Positions 50,101-62,335 of a stretch of DNA of 64,000 nt are shown one piece after another. This DNA is from Mobula hypostoma. Taxonomy: Eukaryota. The position numbers and the translations under genes are program-made. The stretch spans positions 113,896,001 to 113,960,000 of the forward strand of contig NC_086097.1 in the NCBI RefSeq assembly GCF_963921235.1, in the 5' to 3' direction. Every line of letters starts with the position of its first letter. The first letter of the stretch is position 1. A model generated the notes under the pieces. That model ran no database searches, was not told the origin of the DNA, and saw only the letters and a list, made by a program, of their open reading frames with translations.

Positions 50101-50227
50101 GCCTGCCACTTTTACTTTTCTCCTTTGTACTTTTTGCTTCTACGCTCACTTTACACCCCTCAGTCTCTCTGCACTGGTTCCCATCCCTCTGTTGTGAACT
50201 AACCTCCTCATGCCTAGCCTCTTTAAT
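47114..50227 (-). mobile_element. Young CR1 LINE (family A) inserted into CR1-B with TSD TGAGAAACA
   Basis: TGAGAAACA at 47105-47113 and 50228-50236; near-identical to 22729-25815. Confidence 0.96.
47211..50227 (-). pseudogene. CR1 ORF2 (APE-RT), open except for one frameshift near 49495
   Basis: ORFs 49463-50278 (APE) and 47211-49541 (RT to stop). CTCTCTTGTTGG here versus CTCTGGTTGG in the 25-kb copy is +2 nt. Confidence 0.92.
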
Positions 50228-52827
50228 TGAGAAACAGGAAAGGTATGGCCACATTAGTGGGATTGTATTACAGGCCACCCAATAGTCAACGAGACTTGGA
50301 AGAGCAAATTTGCAGTGAGATAGCAGGCAACTGCAGGAAACATAAAGTTTTGGTGGTAGGGGATTTTAATTTTCCATACATTGATTGGGACTCCCATACT
50401 GTTAGGGGTCTAGATGGTTTAGAGTTTGTAAAATGTGTTCAGGAAAGTTTTCTAAATCAGTATATGGAGGGACCAACTAGAGGGGATGCAATATTGGATC
50501 TCCTGTTAGGAAACGAATTAGGGCAAGTGACAGAAGTCTGTGTAGGGGAGCACTTTGGTTCCAGTGATCATAACACCATTAGTTTCAATTTGATCATGGA
50601 CAAGGATAGATCTGGTCCTAGGGTTGAGGTTCTGAACTGGAAGAAGGCCAAATTTGAAGAAATGAGAAAGGATCTAAAAAGCGTGGATTGGGACAGATTG
50701 TTCTCTGGCAAAGATGTGATTGGTAGGTGGGAAGCCTTCAAAGGGGAAATTTTGAGAGTGCAGAGTTTGTATGTTCCTGTCAGGATTAAAGGCAAATTGA
50801 ATAGGAATAAGGAACCTTGGTTCTCAAGGGATATTGCAACTCTGATAAAGAAGAAGAGGGAGTTGTATGAAATGTATAGGAAACAGGGGGTAAATCAGGT
50901 GCTTGAGGAGTATAAGAAGTGCAAGAAAATACTTAAGAAAGAAATCAGGAGGGCAAAAAGAAGACATGAGGTTGCCTTGGCAGTCAAAGTGAAGGATAAT
51001 CCAAAGAGCTTTTACAAGTATATTAAGAGCAAAAGGATTGTAAGGGATAAAATTGGTCCTCTTGAAGATCAGAGTGGTCGGCTTTGTGCCGAACCAAAGG
51101 AAATGGGGGAGATCTTAAATAGGTTTTTTGTGTCTGTATTTACTAAGGAAGCTGGCATGAAATCTATGGAATTGAGGGAATCAAGTAGTGAGACCAAAGA
51201 AACTGTACAGATTGAAAAGGAGGAGGTGCTTGCTGTCTTGAGGAAAATTAAAGTGGATAAATCCCCGGGACCTGACAGAGTGTTCCCTCGGACCTTGAAG
51301 GAGACTAGTGTTGAAATTGCGGGGGCCCTGGCAGAAATATTTAAAATGTCGCTGTCTACGGGTGAAGTGCTGGAGGATTGGAGAGTGGCTCATGTTGTTC
51401 CGTTGTTTAAAAAAGGATCGAAAAGTAATCCGGGAAATTATAGGCCGGTGAGTTTAACGTCAGTAGTAGGTAAGTTATTGGAGGGAGTACTAAGAGACAG
51501 AATCTACAAGCATTTGGATAGACAGGGGCTTATTAGGGAGAGTCAACATGGCTTTGTGCGTGGTAGGTCATGTTTGACCAATCTGTTGGAGATTTTCCGA
51601 GGAGGTTACCAAGAAAGTGGATGAAGGGAAGGCAGTGGATATTGTCTACATGGACTTCAGTAAGGCCTTTGACAAGGTCCCGCATGGGGGGGTTAGTTAG
51701 GAAAATTCAGTTGCTAGGTATACATGCAGAGGTGGTAAATTGAATTAGGCATTGGCTCGATGGAAGAAGCCAGAGAGTGGTGGTAGAGAATTGCTTCTCC
51801 GAGTGGAGGCCTGTGACTAGTGGTGTGCCACAGGGATCAGTGCTGGGTCCATTGTTATTTGTCATCTATATCAATGATCTGGATGATAATGTGGTAAATT
51901 GGATCAGCAAATTTGCTGATGATACAAAGGTTGGAGGTATAGTAGACAGTGAGGAAGGTTTTCAGAGCCTGCACAGGGACTTGGACCAGCTGGAAAAATG
52001 GGATGAAAAATGGCAGATGGAGTTTAATACTGACAAGTGTGAGGTATTGCACGTTGGAAGGACAAACCAAGGTAGAACATACAGGGTTAATGGTAAGGCA
52101 CTGAGGAGTGCAGTGGAACAGAGGGATCTGGGAATACAGATACAAAGTTCCCTAAAAGTGTCGTCACAGGTAGATAGGGTCGTAAAGAGAGCTTTTGGTA
52201 CATTGGCCTTTATTAATCAAAGTATTGAGTATAAGAGCTGGAATGTTATAATGAGGTTGTTTAAGGCATTGGTGAGGCCGAATCTGGAGTATTATGTTCA
52301 GTTTTGGTCACCAAATGACAGGAAGGATATAAGTAAGGTTGAAAGAGTGCAGAGAAGGTTTACAAGGATGTTGCCGGGACTTGAGAAACTCAGTTACAGA
52401 GAAAGGTTGAATAGGTTGTGACTTTATTCCCTGGAGCGTAGAAGAATGAGGGGAGATTTGATAGAGGTATATAAAATTATGATGGGTATAGATAGAGTGA
52501 ATGCAAGCAGGCTTTTTCCACTGAGGCAAGGGGAGAAAAAAACCAGAGGACATGGGTTAAGGGGTGAGGGGGGAAACGTTTAAAGGGAACATTAGCGGGG
52601 GCTTCTTCACACAGAGAGTGGTGGGAGTATGGAATGAGCTGCCAGATGAGGTGGTAAATGCGGGTTCTTTTTTAACATTTAAGAATAAATTGGACAGATA
52701 CATGGATGGGAGGTGTATGGAGGGATATGGTCCGTGTGCAGGTCAGTGGGACTAGGCAGAAAATGGTTCGGCACAGCCAAGAAGGGCCAAAGGGCTGTTT
52801 CTGTGCTGTAGTTTCTATGCTTCTATC

Positions 52828-55800
52828 TGAGGATCGGAGGATCAGCCGTTGTAGGTAGGCCGAGGAAGATCGGGACTACCTAGGCATTACCTGAGGAGGA
52901 AGGTAAAACTGCGCGGGCACGGGTGATGTCAGCGGCGAGCGCGGAGTTTAAAAAGAGGCCCACTTTCAGGTGCCGGCAGCGGAGTGTGCGGGAGCAGAGT
53001 GCTGGGCTTTGGCTCAGTGGGCTTCGGCGTAAGGGGATCTACGGTGAGAGGTAATCAGTGAGCCTGAGTACGTGCTTGCTGAGGAAAAAAGGTAAGGTCG
53101 GTAGGTACTTTTTCATTTATTCTGATTAATCTGGGATCAGGTAATGGGGGAGACAGTTAGAGCAGTGGTGTGCTCCGTATGCAGTATGTGGGAGGTCAGG
53201 GTCAATGCAGTTGTCCCTGATGACCACACCTGCAGAAGGTGCATCCAGCTGCAGCTCCTATCAGAGCGAGTTAGGGAATTGGAGCTGGAGCTGGATGAAC
53301 TACGGATCATTAGGGAGGCAGAGACAGAGAAAGATAAGAGTTATCGGGAGGTAGTCACACCGAAAAGACGGGAGGTAGGCAACTGGGTGACTGTCAGGAG
53401 ATCGAGTGGGAGCAGGCAGAGAGAGCAGAGCACCCCTGTGGCCATTCCTATCAACAATAAGTATACCGTTTTGGATACTGTTGGTGGGGATGACCTACCA
53501 GGAACAAGTTGCAGTGGTCCTGTCTCTAGCACTGAGGTTGGACCCTCGACTCAGAAGGGGAGGAGGGAAGAGAGGACAGCGGTAGTGATACGGGATTCTA
53601 TAGTCAGGGGGGCAGATAGGAGATTTTGTGGGGGAGATCGGGAGTCTCGGATGGTATGTTGCCTCCCTAGTGCCGGGGTCCGGGACATCTCAGATTGGGT
53701 GCAGGTTATTTTCGAGAGGGAGGGCAAGAATCCAGATGTTGTGGTCCATGTAGGGACCAACGACGTGGGTAGGAAGAGTGAGGGGGTCCTGCGTAGTGAG
53801 TTCAGGGAATTAGGTGCGAAGCTGAAGGGCAGGACCTCCAGGGTAACAATCTCAGGATTGCTACCTGTGCCACGTGCGAGTGAGGCGAGGAACAGAAGGA
53901 TTATACAGATCAATACATGGCTGAGAGGATGGTGCAGGAGGGAGGACTTCAGGTTTTTAGATAATTGGGCTTTGTTCCAGGGAAGGTGGGATCTGTTCCA
54001 AGGGGACGGTTTACACCTGAACTGGAGGGGTACTAACATTCTTGCAGGAAAGTTTGCTGGTGCTGCTTGGGGGGGGTTTTAAACTAAATTTGCAGGGGGC
54101 AGGGATCCAGAATGTGAGAGAGGTTAGCGAGATGAAGTATAAAGGACAGGTGGGGACTACACGGTTCTGGAATATTAAGTGTGAAGTAGAGAAAGGTGAG
54201 GCGGAACGAGTGATAAGGAGGATACATGTGCAGAGGGATGGTCTGATGGAGCATGGAGTTAAATGTGCAGAAAGAGTAAGTAAATTTAAGAAGGACAACA
54301 AAATTCAAGGGGCGTATAGCCCGGTTGAGAGTTTAGGGAGCTGGGTTATGCACAACAGGCAGCGATTTAAACAAAGAGAGGAGAAATGGGTTAAAAATTC
54401 TATATCTGAATCCGCGAAGTGTCAGAAATAAGGCGGATGAGCTTGAAGCTCAGGTGCGAATGGGTAACTATGATGTTGTTGGGATAACGGAGACATGGCT
54501 GCAGGGGGATCAGACCTGGGAATTGAATGTACGAGGGTATACGTGCTATTGAAGGGACAGAAAGGTGGGCAGTGGGGGTGGGGTGGCCCTGTTGGTGAGG
54601 AATGAGATTCAGTCCCTTGCAAGGGGGGACATAGAATCAGGAGAAGTAGAGTCAGTGTGGATAGAACTGAGGAAGAGTAAGGGCAAAAAGACCCTAATCG
54701 GTGTTATCTACAGGCCCCCAAACAGTAGCATGGATATTGGGTGCAAGTTGAATAGGGAGTTAACAATGGCATGTGGCAAAGGAAACGTCACAGTAGTTAT
54801 GGGGGATTTCAACATACAGGTGAACTGGGAAAATCAGGTTGGTACTGGACCCCAGGATAGGTAGTTTGTAGAGTGCCTACGGGATGCATTTTTGGAGCAG
54901 CTTGTACGAGAGCCAACCAGGGATAAGGCTATTCTGGATTTAGTGTTGTGCAATGAACAGGACTTGATAAGTGATCTTGAAGTAAAGGAGCCATTAGGAG
55001 GTAGTGACCATAATATAATAAGTTTTTATCTGCAAGTTGAGAGAGATAAGGGCAGATCAGAAGGGACAGTATTGCAGTTGAACAAAGGAGACAATGGAGC
55101 CATGAAGGAGGAGCTGGCCAAAGTTCACTGGTCGGATATCCTAGCAGAAAAGACAGTGGAACAGCAATGGCAGGTATTCTTGGGAATAATGCACAAGGTG
55201 CAAAATCAGTTCATCCCCCAGAGAAGGAAGGATTCAAAGGGGGGAAAGTGGCCACAGTGGTTGACAAAGGAAGTCAGAGATAGCATAGCATTAAAAAAGA
55301 AGTATAACAGAGCTAAGGTGAGTGGGAAGACGGATGATTGGGAAATTTTTAAGGAGCAACAGAACTTAACTAAAAAGGCAATATTGGGAGAAAAAATGAG
55401 GTATGAACGCAAGCTAGCTAGGAATATAAAGGAGGATAGTAAAAGTTTTTTTAGGTATGTGAAGAGAAGGAAGATAGTTAAGAACAATGTTGGGCCCTTG
55501 AAGAATGAATTGGGAGAAATTATTATGGGAAACAGAGAAATGGCAGACGAATTTAATAAGTACTTTGGATCTGTCTTCACTACGGAAGACACAAGCAATC
55601 TCCCAGATGTATGGATGAGCCAAGGACATAGGGTAACAGAGTAACTGAAACAGATTGACATTAGGAAGGAAACGGTGATGAGTAGACTGATGGGACTGAA
55701 GGCTAACAAATCCCCAGGTCCAGATGGTCTGCATCCTGGGGTACTAAAGGAGGTGGCTCTGGAAATTGTGGATGCATTGGTGATCATTTTCCAATGTTCC

Positions 55801-57291
55801 TTAGATTCAGGATCAGTTCCTGAGGATTGGTGAATGGCTAATATTATCCCACTTTTTAAGAAAGGAGGGAGGGAGAAAACAGAGAACTATCGCCCTGTTA
55901 GCCTAACATCAGTAGTCGGGAAGATACTAGAGTCCATTATTAAAGATGAAATAGCGACATATCTTGATAGCAGTGATAGGATTGGGCCGAGCCAGCATGG
56001 ATTTACCAAGGGCAAATCATGCTTGACTAATCTATTGGAGTTTTTCGAGGATGTAACCAGGAAGATAGAGGCGGGAGATCCAGTGGATGTGGTGTACCTT
56101 GACTTTCAGAAGGCATTTGATAAGGTACCACATAGGAGATTGGTGGGTAAAATCAGAGCTCACGGCATTGGGGGGAGGATATTGACATGGATAGAAAACT
56201 GATTGGCAGATAGAAAGCAAACGGTAGCAGTGAATGGGTGTTTCTCGGAATGGCAGGTGGTGACTAGTGGGGTGCCACAGGGCTTGGTATTGGGACCACA
56301 GCTGTTTACGATTTACATCAATGATTTAGAGGAAGGCATTGTGAATAACATCCGCAAGTTTGCTGATGATACTAAGCTGGGTGGCAGTGTGACATGTGAT
56401 GAGGATGTTAGGTGTGTTCAAGGTGACTTGGATAGGCTGGCTGAGTGGGCAGAAACTTGGCAGATGGCATTTAATGTGAATAAGTGTGAGGTTATTCACT
56501 TTGGGAGCAAGAACAGGAAGGCAGATTATTATCTGAACGGTGTGGAGTTAGGTAAGGGAGAAATACAAAGAGATCTAGGAGTACTTGTTCATCAGTCTCT
56601 GAAGGTGAATGAGCAAGTGCAGCAGGCAGTGAAGAAGGCTAATGGAATGTTGGCCTTTATTACAAAGGGTATTGAGTATAAAAGCAAGGAAATCCTTTTG
56701 TATTTGTACAGGGCCCTGGTGAGACCACACCTGGAGTATTGTGTGCAGTTTTGGTCTCCAGGGTTAAGGAAGGACATCCTGGCTGTGGAGGAGGTGCCGC
56801 GTAGGTTGACTAGGTTAATTCCTGGGATGTCCGGACTGTCTTATGCAGAGAGGTTAGAGAGACTGGGCTTGTACACGCTGGAATTAAGGAGATCGAGGGG
56901 GGATCTGATTGAGACATATAAGATTATTAAGGGATTGGACAAGATAGAGGCAGGAAATATGTTGCAGATGCGGGGAGAGTCCAGTACCAGAGGGCATGGT
57001 TTAAGAATAAGGGGTAGGTCAGTTAGGACAGAGTTGAGGAAGAACTTCTTCTCCCAGAGAGTTGTGGAGGTGTGGAACGCGCTGCCTCAGAAGGCAGTGG
57101 AGGCCAATTCTCTGGATGCTTTCAAGAAGGAGCTAGATAGGTATCTTATGGATAGGGGAATCAAGGGTTATGGGGACAAGGCAGGAACCGGGTATTGATA
57201 GTAGATGATCAGCCATGATCTCAGAATGGCAGTGCAGGCTCGAAGGGCCGAATGGTCTACTTCTGCACCTATTGTCTATTACTATTACTAT
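52828..57291 (+). mobile_element. CR1 LINE (family C), essentially full length (5' UTR, ORF1, ORF2 with stops, tail)
   Basis: CpG-rich 5' UTR; ORF1 at 53144-54082; ORF2 motifs to 57198 with in-frame stops (e.g. 54862, 55642, 55831, 56200); CTATTACTATTACTATT tail. Confidence 0.93.
53144..54082 (+). CDS. CR1 ORF1 protein: Cys zinc-finger/leucine zipper plus SGNH esterase-like domain
   Basis: ATG-initiated 312-aa ORF: CSVC...CRRC, LQLLSERVRELELELDEL, VIRDSIVRG (G>R at the GDS block), HVGTNDV, DGLHLN. Confidence 0.88.
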   Translation: MGETVRAVVCSVCSMWEVRVNAVVPDDHTCRRCIQLQLLSERVRELELELDELRIIREAETEKDKSYREVVTPKRREVGNWVTVRRSSGSRQREQSTPVAIPINNKYTVLDTVGGDDLPGTSCSGPVSSTEVGPSTQKGRREERTAVVIRDSIVRGADRRFCGGDRESRMVCCLPSAGVRDISDWVQVIFEREGKNPDVVVHVGTNDVGRKSEGVLRSEFRELGAKLKGRTSRVTISGLLPVPRASEARNRRIIQINTWLRGWCRREDFRFLDNWALFQGRWDLFQGDGLHLNWRGTNILAGKFAGAAWGGF

Positions 57292-57710
57292 TAACAAACT
57301 GTACTCTCCTTCTCCCTCTCTCCCCTCTTCACTTTTGCAGCAGCTCCACCTTCCTGAGCTTCATGTAACTGTTCCCGCAGTTTGCTGGTTAGATCGTTAA
57401 GACCTTCTGTTTCGTCAGGTGAACTATTTTTGAGTTGTTTGTTCAGGGTCCTTATCTCGCTTCTCAGGTGGTGAATCTTCCTTTCCTTTCTGTTTGGTTG
57501 CTGTGATGGTTTAAGATCCACCTTCTTCTCCATTGCGCCGAATCGCTCTTTAGCAAAGTTGTGAGGGAGTCAATTTATCTGCAGACAGGTCCTGACAGTG
57601 TAGCTTCCAAGATGCAATCCAGGTTGTCATCAAACTGCTACCGAGATACATTGCCTGATGATCTAGGCCATCAGATCCACGCTTCCCTTGATGACTGGAT
57701 TACTTCACTT
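57292..57710 (-). mobile_element. HERO-like element, middle fragment
   Basis: FAKERFGAMEKKVDLKPSQQPNRKERKIHHLRSEIRTLNKQ... leads into ...VQFV, which continues as PFRFTRALL at 45831. Confidence 0.8.
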
Positions 57711-59916
57711 TATACTTTATTGTCACCAAACAATTGATACTAGAATGTACAATCATCACAGCGATATTTGATTCTGCGCTTCCCACTCCCTGGATTACAA
57801 ATATTAAATATTAAAAATATTAAAGATTAGTAAACATTAAAAATTTAATTTATAAATCATAAATAGAAAATAGAAAAATGGAAAATAAGGTAGTGCAAAA
57901 AAACCGAGAGGCAGGTCCGGATATTTGGAGGGTACGGCCCAGATCCAGGTCAGGATCCGTTCAGCAGTCTTATCACAGTTGGAAAGAAGCTGTTCCCAAA
58001 TCTGGCCATATGAATCTTCAAGCTCCTGAGCCTTCTCCCGGAGGGAAGAGGGACGAAAAGTGTGTTAGCTGGGTGGGTTGTGTCCTTGATTATCCTGGCA
58101 GCACTGCTCTGACAGTGTGCGGTGTAAAGTGAGTCCACAGACGGAAGATTGGTTTCTGTGATGTGCTGCGCCGTGTTCACGATCTTCTGCAGCTTCTTTC
58201 GGTCTTGGACAGGACAACTTCCATACCAGGTTGTGATGTACCCTAGAAGAATGCTTTCTACGGTGCATCTATAAAAAATAGTGAGGGTTTTAGGGGACAG
58301 GCCAAATTTCTTTAGTTTTCTCAGGAAGTAAAGGCGCTGGTGGGCCTTCTTGGCAGTGAACTCTGCTTGGTTGGATCAAGTCAGGTCATTTGTGATATTG
58401 ACCCCAAGGAACTTAAAGCTTTTGACCTGTTCCACTTGCGCACCACCAATGTAAATTGGGTCGTGAGGTCCGCTACTCCTTCTGAAGTCAACAACCAATT
58501 CCTTCATCTTGCTGACGTTGAGGGATAGGTTATTGTCTTCACACCATGCCACTAGGTTCTTAATTTCCTCTCTGTACTCAAACTCGTCATTACCTGAGAT
58601 ATGGCCTACAATTGTTGTGTCATCAGCAAACTTATATATTGAGTTTGATGGAAAATTGGCTACACAATCATGGGTGAACAGTGAGTACAGCAGGGGGCTG
58701 AGTACACAGCCTTGTGGGGCACCGGTGCTCAGAGTGATTGTAGAGAAGAGCTTGTCCCTTATTTTTACAGCCTGGATCCTGTCTGTGAGGAAGTTGAAGA
58801 TCCAGCTGCAGATCTGAGTGCTAAGGCCCAGGTTCCGGAGCTTAGGAATCAGTTTGTTTGGAATGATGGTATTAAAGGCAGAGCTGTAGTCAATGAAAAG
58901 GAGTGTTACGTATGCGTCTTTATTCTCCAGATGTTCTAAGGAGGATCGTAGGGCCAGAGAGATGACATCTGCCGTTGTTCTGTTGCTCCGGTAGGCAAAT
59001 TGCAAAGCGTCGAGGTTGACTGGTAGGCTGTGGTTGATGTGTGCCATAACTAATCGCTCGAAGCACTTTATAGCAATTGATGTCACAGCCACAGGTCGAC
59101 AGTCATTCAGGCATGCCACCTTACTCTTCTTCAGCACTGGGATTATCTGTTGCCTTCTTAAAACACGAGGGGATCTTACACTGAAGCAAGGAGCAGCTGA
59201 AGATGTCAGCAAACACTCCAGCTAGCTCGCTTGCACCGGCCCGGAGAACCCATCCTGGGACGCCATCTGGGCCCGTCACCTTCCTTGGACTTAGCTTCAG
59301 GAAGACCCTTCTAACATCCTCCTCAGTGATGATGAATCTCGATGCCACCAGGTCCGGTTCATCCGAAGGGAGCGGGATGCTCCTCTTCTGTTCGAATCTT
59401 GCGTAGAATACGTTGTTCATCAGGAAGAGAAGTGCCACAGTTATTGTTATTCCCAGCCTTTTCTTTGCGGCCAGTGATCTCATTTAGACCCTGCCATAGT
59501 CTACTGGCATCCCTTTGGTTAAGCTGGGCTTCCAACTTGGCTCGATATTGCCTCGGCGCCCTTAATGGCTTTCTGGAGTTCACGCCTGGATTCCGTGTAG
59601 CGACTGGTATCCCCGGACCTAAAGGCCATAGCTCTAGCCTTTAAAAGGGACTTGACCTCATAATTCATCCAAGGTTTCCGGTTGGGGAATACCCGGATTG
59701 TCTTGCGAGACACGCAGTCCTCCGTGCATTTCCAAATAAAGTCCGTGACAGCTGACGCATACTTATCGAGGTTGATCTTGATCTTGCTAGATTGGAGGTT
59801 TAGAAGGGTTTCTCGGGTATAGGATAGTGGAGAGGGCAGTTTGCTCGGGAGAGCCCGCGCAAAGTCACCAGTTACTGGCCCCATCTTTAAATACATTAGG
59901 GTGTCAGAGAGCGCAC
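57711..59916 (-). mobile_element. Rex1/Babar LINE with both ends and an internal deletion of the endonuclease; TSD TCACTT
   Basis: TCACTT at 57705-57710 and 59917-59922. 5' AAGATGGGGCC...YTRETLLNL is joined near 59773 to DKYASAVTDFIWKC. RT motifs [29 protein letters not shown] and KFADD. Confidence 0.92.
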
Positions 59917-59922
59917 TCACTT

Positions 59923-60425
59923 GGTCTCGCCTTTGGCACTGGGGTGGTTCAGGTGCAGAGAGGTCTTCAGCTCTGTGGGGTGCTTCCTGGCTGCAGATCT
60001 CCATCATCTCACCAGATGTTGAGTCCATGTGTTGCTCTTGAGTTGCCTTCGTTCCGCAGCTGGATGTGATTTAGTGTATTTTGAGGCCTGTAATGTTTTT
60101 GCAGAATTTGCCAAAATGGCACTTTGCAATGAATGCCTCCCCAATCAGTGTTGTTTATTTGAGTCTTCTTCTTATCGTATTTCCAGTTCTGGCCATTGTC
60201 ATTATGTCTGTCCTATTGAGTCTCTCATCCTACCCCCCTCTCCAGAGACTCTGGGGGTATTGCACATTTAGTTCATCCGTAGCTTGTATGGTGCCCTCTT
60301 GCGGGTGCTGCACATAAGTTTGCAAGCTTTTTGAGCCCATACCAGTCTTTCCTGGAGATCGGTTGTCTATCCAACATCACCAACCTTTCTCGGTTGCCAT
60401 CTAGTCTTTCCTGGAAGTCACTGGC
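59923..60425 (-). mobile_element. HERO-like element, 5' fragment (5' UTR, N-terminal zinc finger)
   Basis: YPQSLWRGG...KCHFGKFCKNITGLKIH...SQEAPHRAEDL; contiguous with 57710 across the Rex TSD. Confidence 0.75.
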
Positions 60426-60429
60426 AAAC

Positions 60430-60765
60430 CAGATTATTTGTCACATGTATATTGCAACATCAAACACACTGTAAAATGTTTCATTTTCTGCATCAAATCA
60501 AATCAGTCACAATTTTGCTGAGCAGACTACAAGTGTCACCATGATCTGTCACCAACATAGTATGCCCACAGACCAGTACTCACTAACCCTAACTGTTGGT
60601 CTTCTGAATGTCCCCAGCAGGAAACTGGAGAACCTGGAGGAAACCCCTGCAGTCATGAGGAGACCATAGAAACTCCTTACAGGCAGCAGTGGGAATTGAA
60701 CCCCAATTGGTAAAAGCTGGTGCTATAATAGCGTTACATTAACCACATAGCGACGCTACCATGTC
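60430..60765 (-). mobile_element. V-SINE-like element
   Basis: Minus-strand B box GGGTTCAATTCCC and V-domain GGGTTTCCTCCAGGTTCTCCAGTTTCCT. Confidence 0.65.
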
Positions 60766-61035
60766 CACCGTCCTAGCAAAACATTATAGATAATCTCAAT
60801 TAGAATCAAGATTTCTCTAATTCTTTTTGCCCCTTCATTTCATTGAAAAGATATTGCATTTTCATTTAGACTTACCTCATAACTAATGCCTCTCAAGTGT
60901 CAAATACTAATATCACTAATATCTCAGTAATTTATAACTACATTCACGCCCACTTCAGAACCTCTCCTAACAATTTACACTAAGTATAATTCATATTGCA
61001 ATGTAGAAAATATAGCAGATCAGTTAAGTACAGTA

Positions 61036-62335
61036 GGTTTCATGCCAACACAAGCAGACTCCTTCCAGAGTCCATTCAGCTAATAGGAGTCACCTGCCAC
61101 TCATTTCTAACTCATCACCTGCAGCCTATTTAAACCCAGCTCTCATTCGCAGCCCTTGGTTCACTCACCAAACCAGCCAGCCTCATTCAGTCACTTGTAG
61201 CTTTCTGTTAACTTTTGCCTGTGAGTTTAATGTCTGTTCTCTCTTGTTTTGTGACCCTGGTGGCTTTTTTTATTTTGCAGTTGATTATTAAAGTAATTGT
61301 TCATTGTTGAATTGTCTCCAGTGCTCTGCTTTTGGGTCTTGAGGCTCCTCTACATTTTCTGACAGGATAAGTGAACTACTGATTGACTCAGCAAAGTATT
61401 CTTGCCTAAAGGAAGTTGTCTGCCGACATGAGCAACGATTCAGAAGCAGCAAGAAATCACTGACCGTCTGCTCACCACTCTCTTCCAACTCTCGTCTCAA
61501 TACAGCTGCAATGTGCCAGTCAAACTCCTCCCTGAGTCCTGGATACTAAATCCCCAAAACGATGCTGCAACTTCCTATCCCTCTGCATCGCACACTTAGT
61601 GCTCAAGCTATCTCTGTATTCTACAGATTGAGCCAAGATTGCCTTTGTCATCTCCCTATTGACTGGGTCAGCTCTGAACTGGACCGACATGAACTAGGAC
61701 AACAAATCCACCATTTGCAATAAATATGAGGAACTCAGTGCTGAGACGTACCAGGTTTTTGACCATTCGGGAAGTAAATGTGGGGCAGTAGATTGGGTAC
61801 TTTGCCAGCGCTGGATTTCACTGTAGAATTCCCTTGCAGCAGAGTGCATTTGAAATGCAGAAGTGTTGCTGCTTGAAAGATAAGCTATCTACCTGGGAGA
61901 TGCCCACTGACTTCTAAAGCCTCATCATGCTGTCCCTCCGAATTGACAAGCATCTTATAGAACAACGCTCCAGAAACCCAGTTCTGTTCCCAGAACCATT
62001 ACAGACTACAAGACCCTCATCACCAATGCCTCCAGAACCTATGTAACTAGGGAGAGCTCCCTTAATGCTGCAAGAGTACGAGCATCAGTGGTGAAGCAAC
62101 TTACGTACGACCAATCATCAAAAGCTCATTGCATCCGGGAAAGGGCACCACCAGGTAGAGACGAGCACCCATCTACCTGGTAAACTCCCCCGGCAAACTC
62201 CCCCGGCCCCTCATTCCAGCTCCATAGCCCGAGTCATTCTCTCTGTCCTCCTCCATACCCTGATGGCTCTATGCACACATGAGGCTCTGGCAGATTACAG
62301 GGCTGCAGGCAACTTTCTGGACTGGACAGTGTGTG
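61036..62335 (+). mobile_element. Second sushi-type Gypsy relic: 5' LTR (61036-61364), gag and protease start
   Basis: The LTR ends TGACA and is homologous to 35126-35433. AKIAFVISLLTGSALNW. Colinear with 30750-31600. Confidence 0.85.

Larger units (their letters stand above)
45882..52826 (+). mobile_element. CR1 LINE (family B), truncated in ORF1 and split by an antisense CR1
   Basis: ORF1 coiled coil plus SGNH at 45882-46699. ORF2 at 46702-47113 resumes at 50228 (WVELRN|RKGMATLVG). RT motifs run to 52755, then a TTTCTATG-type tail. Confidence 0.93.
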
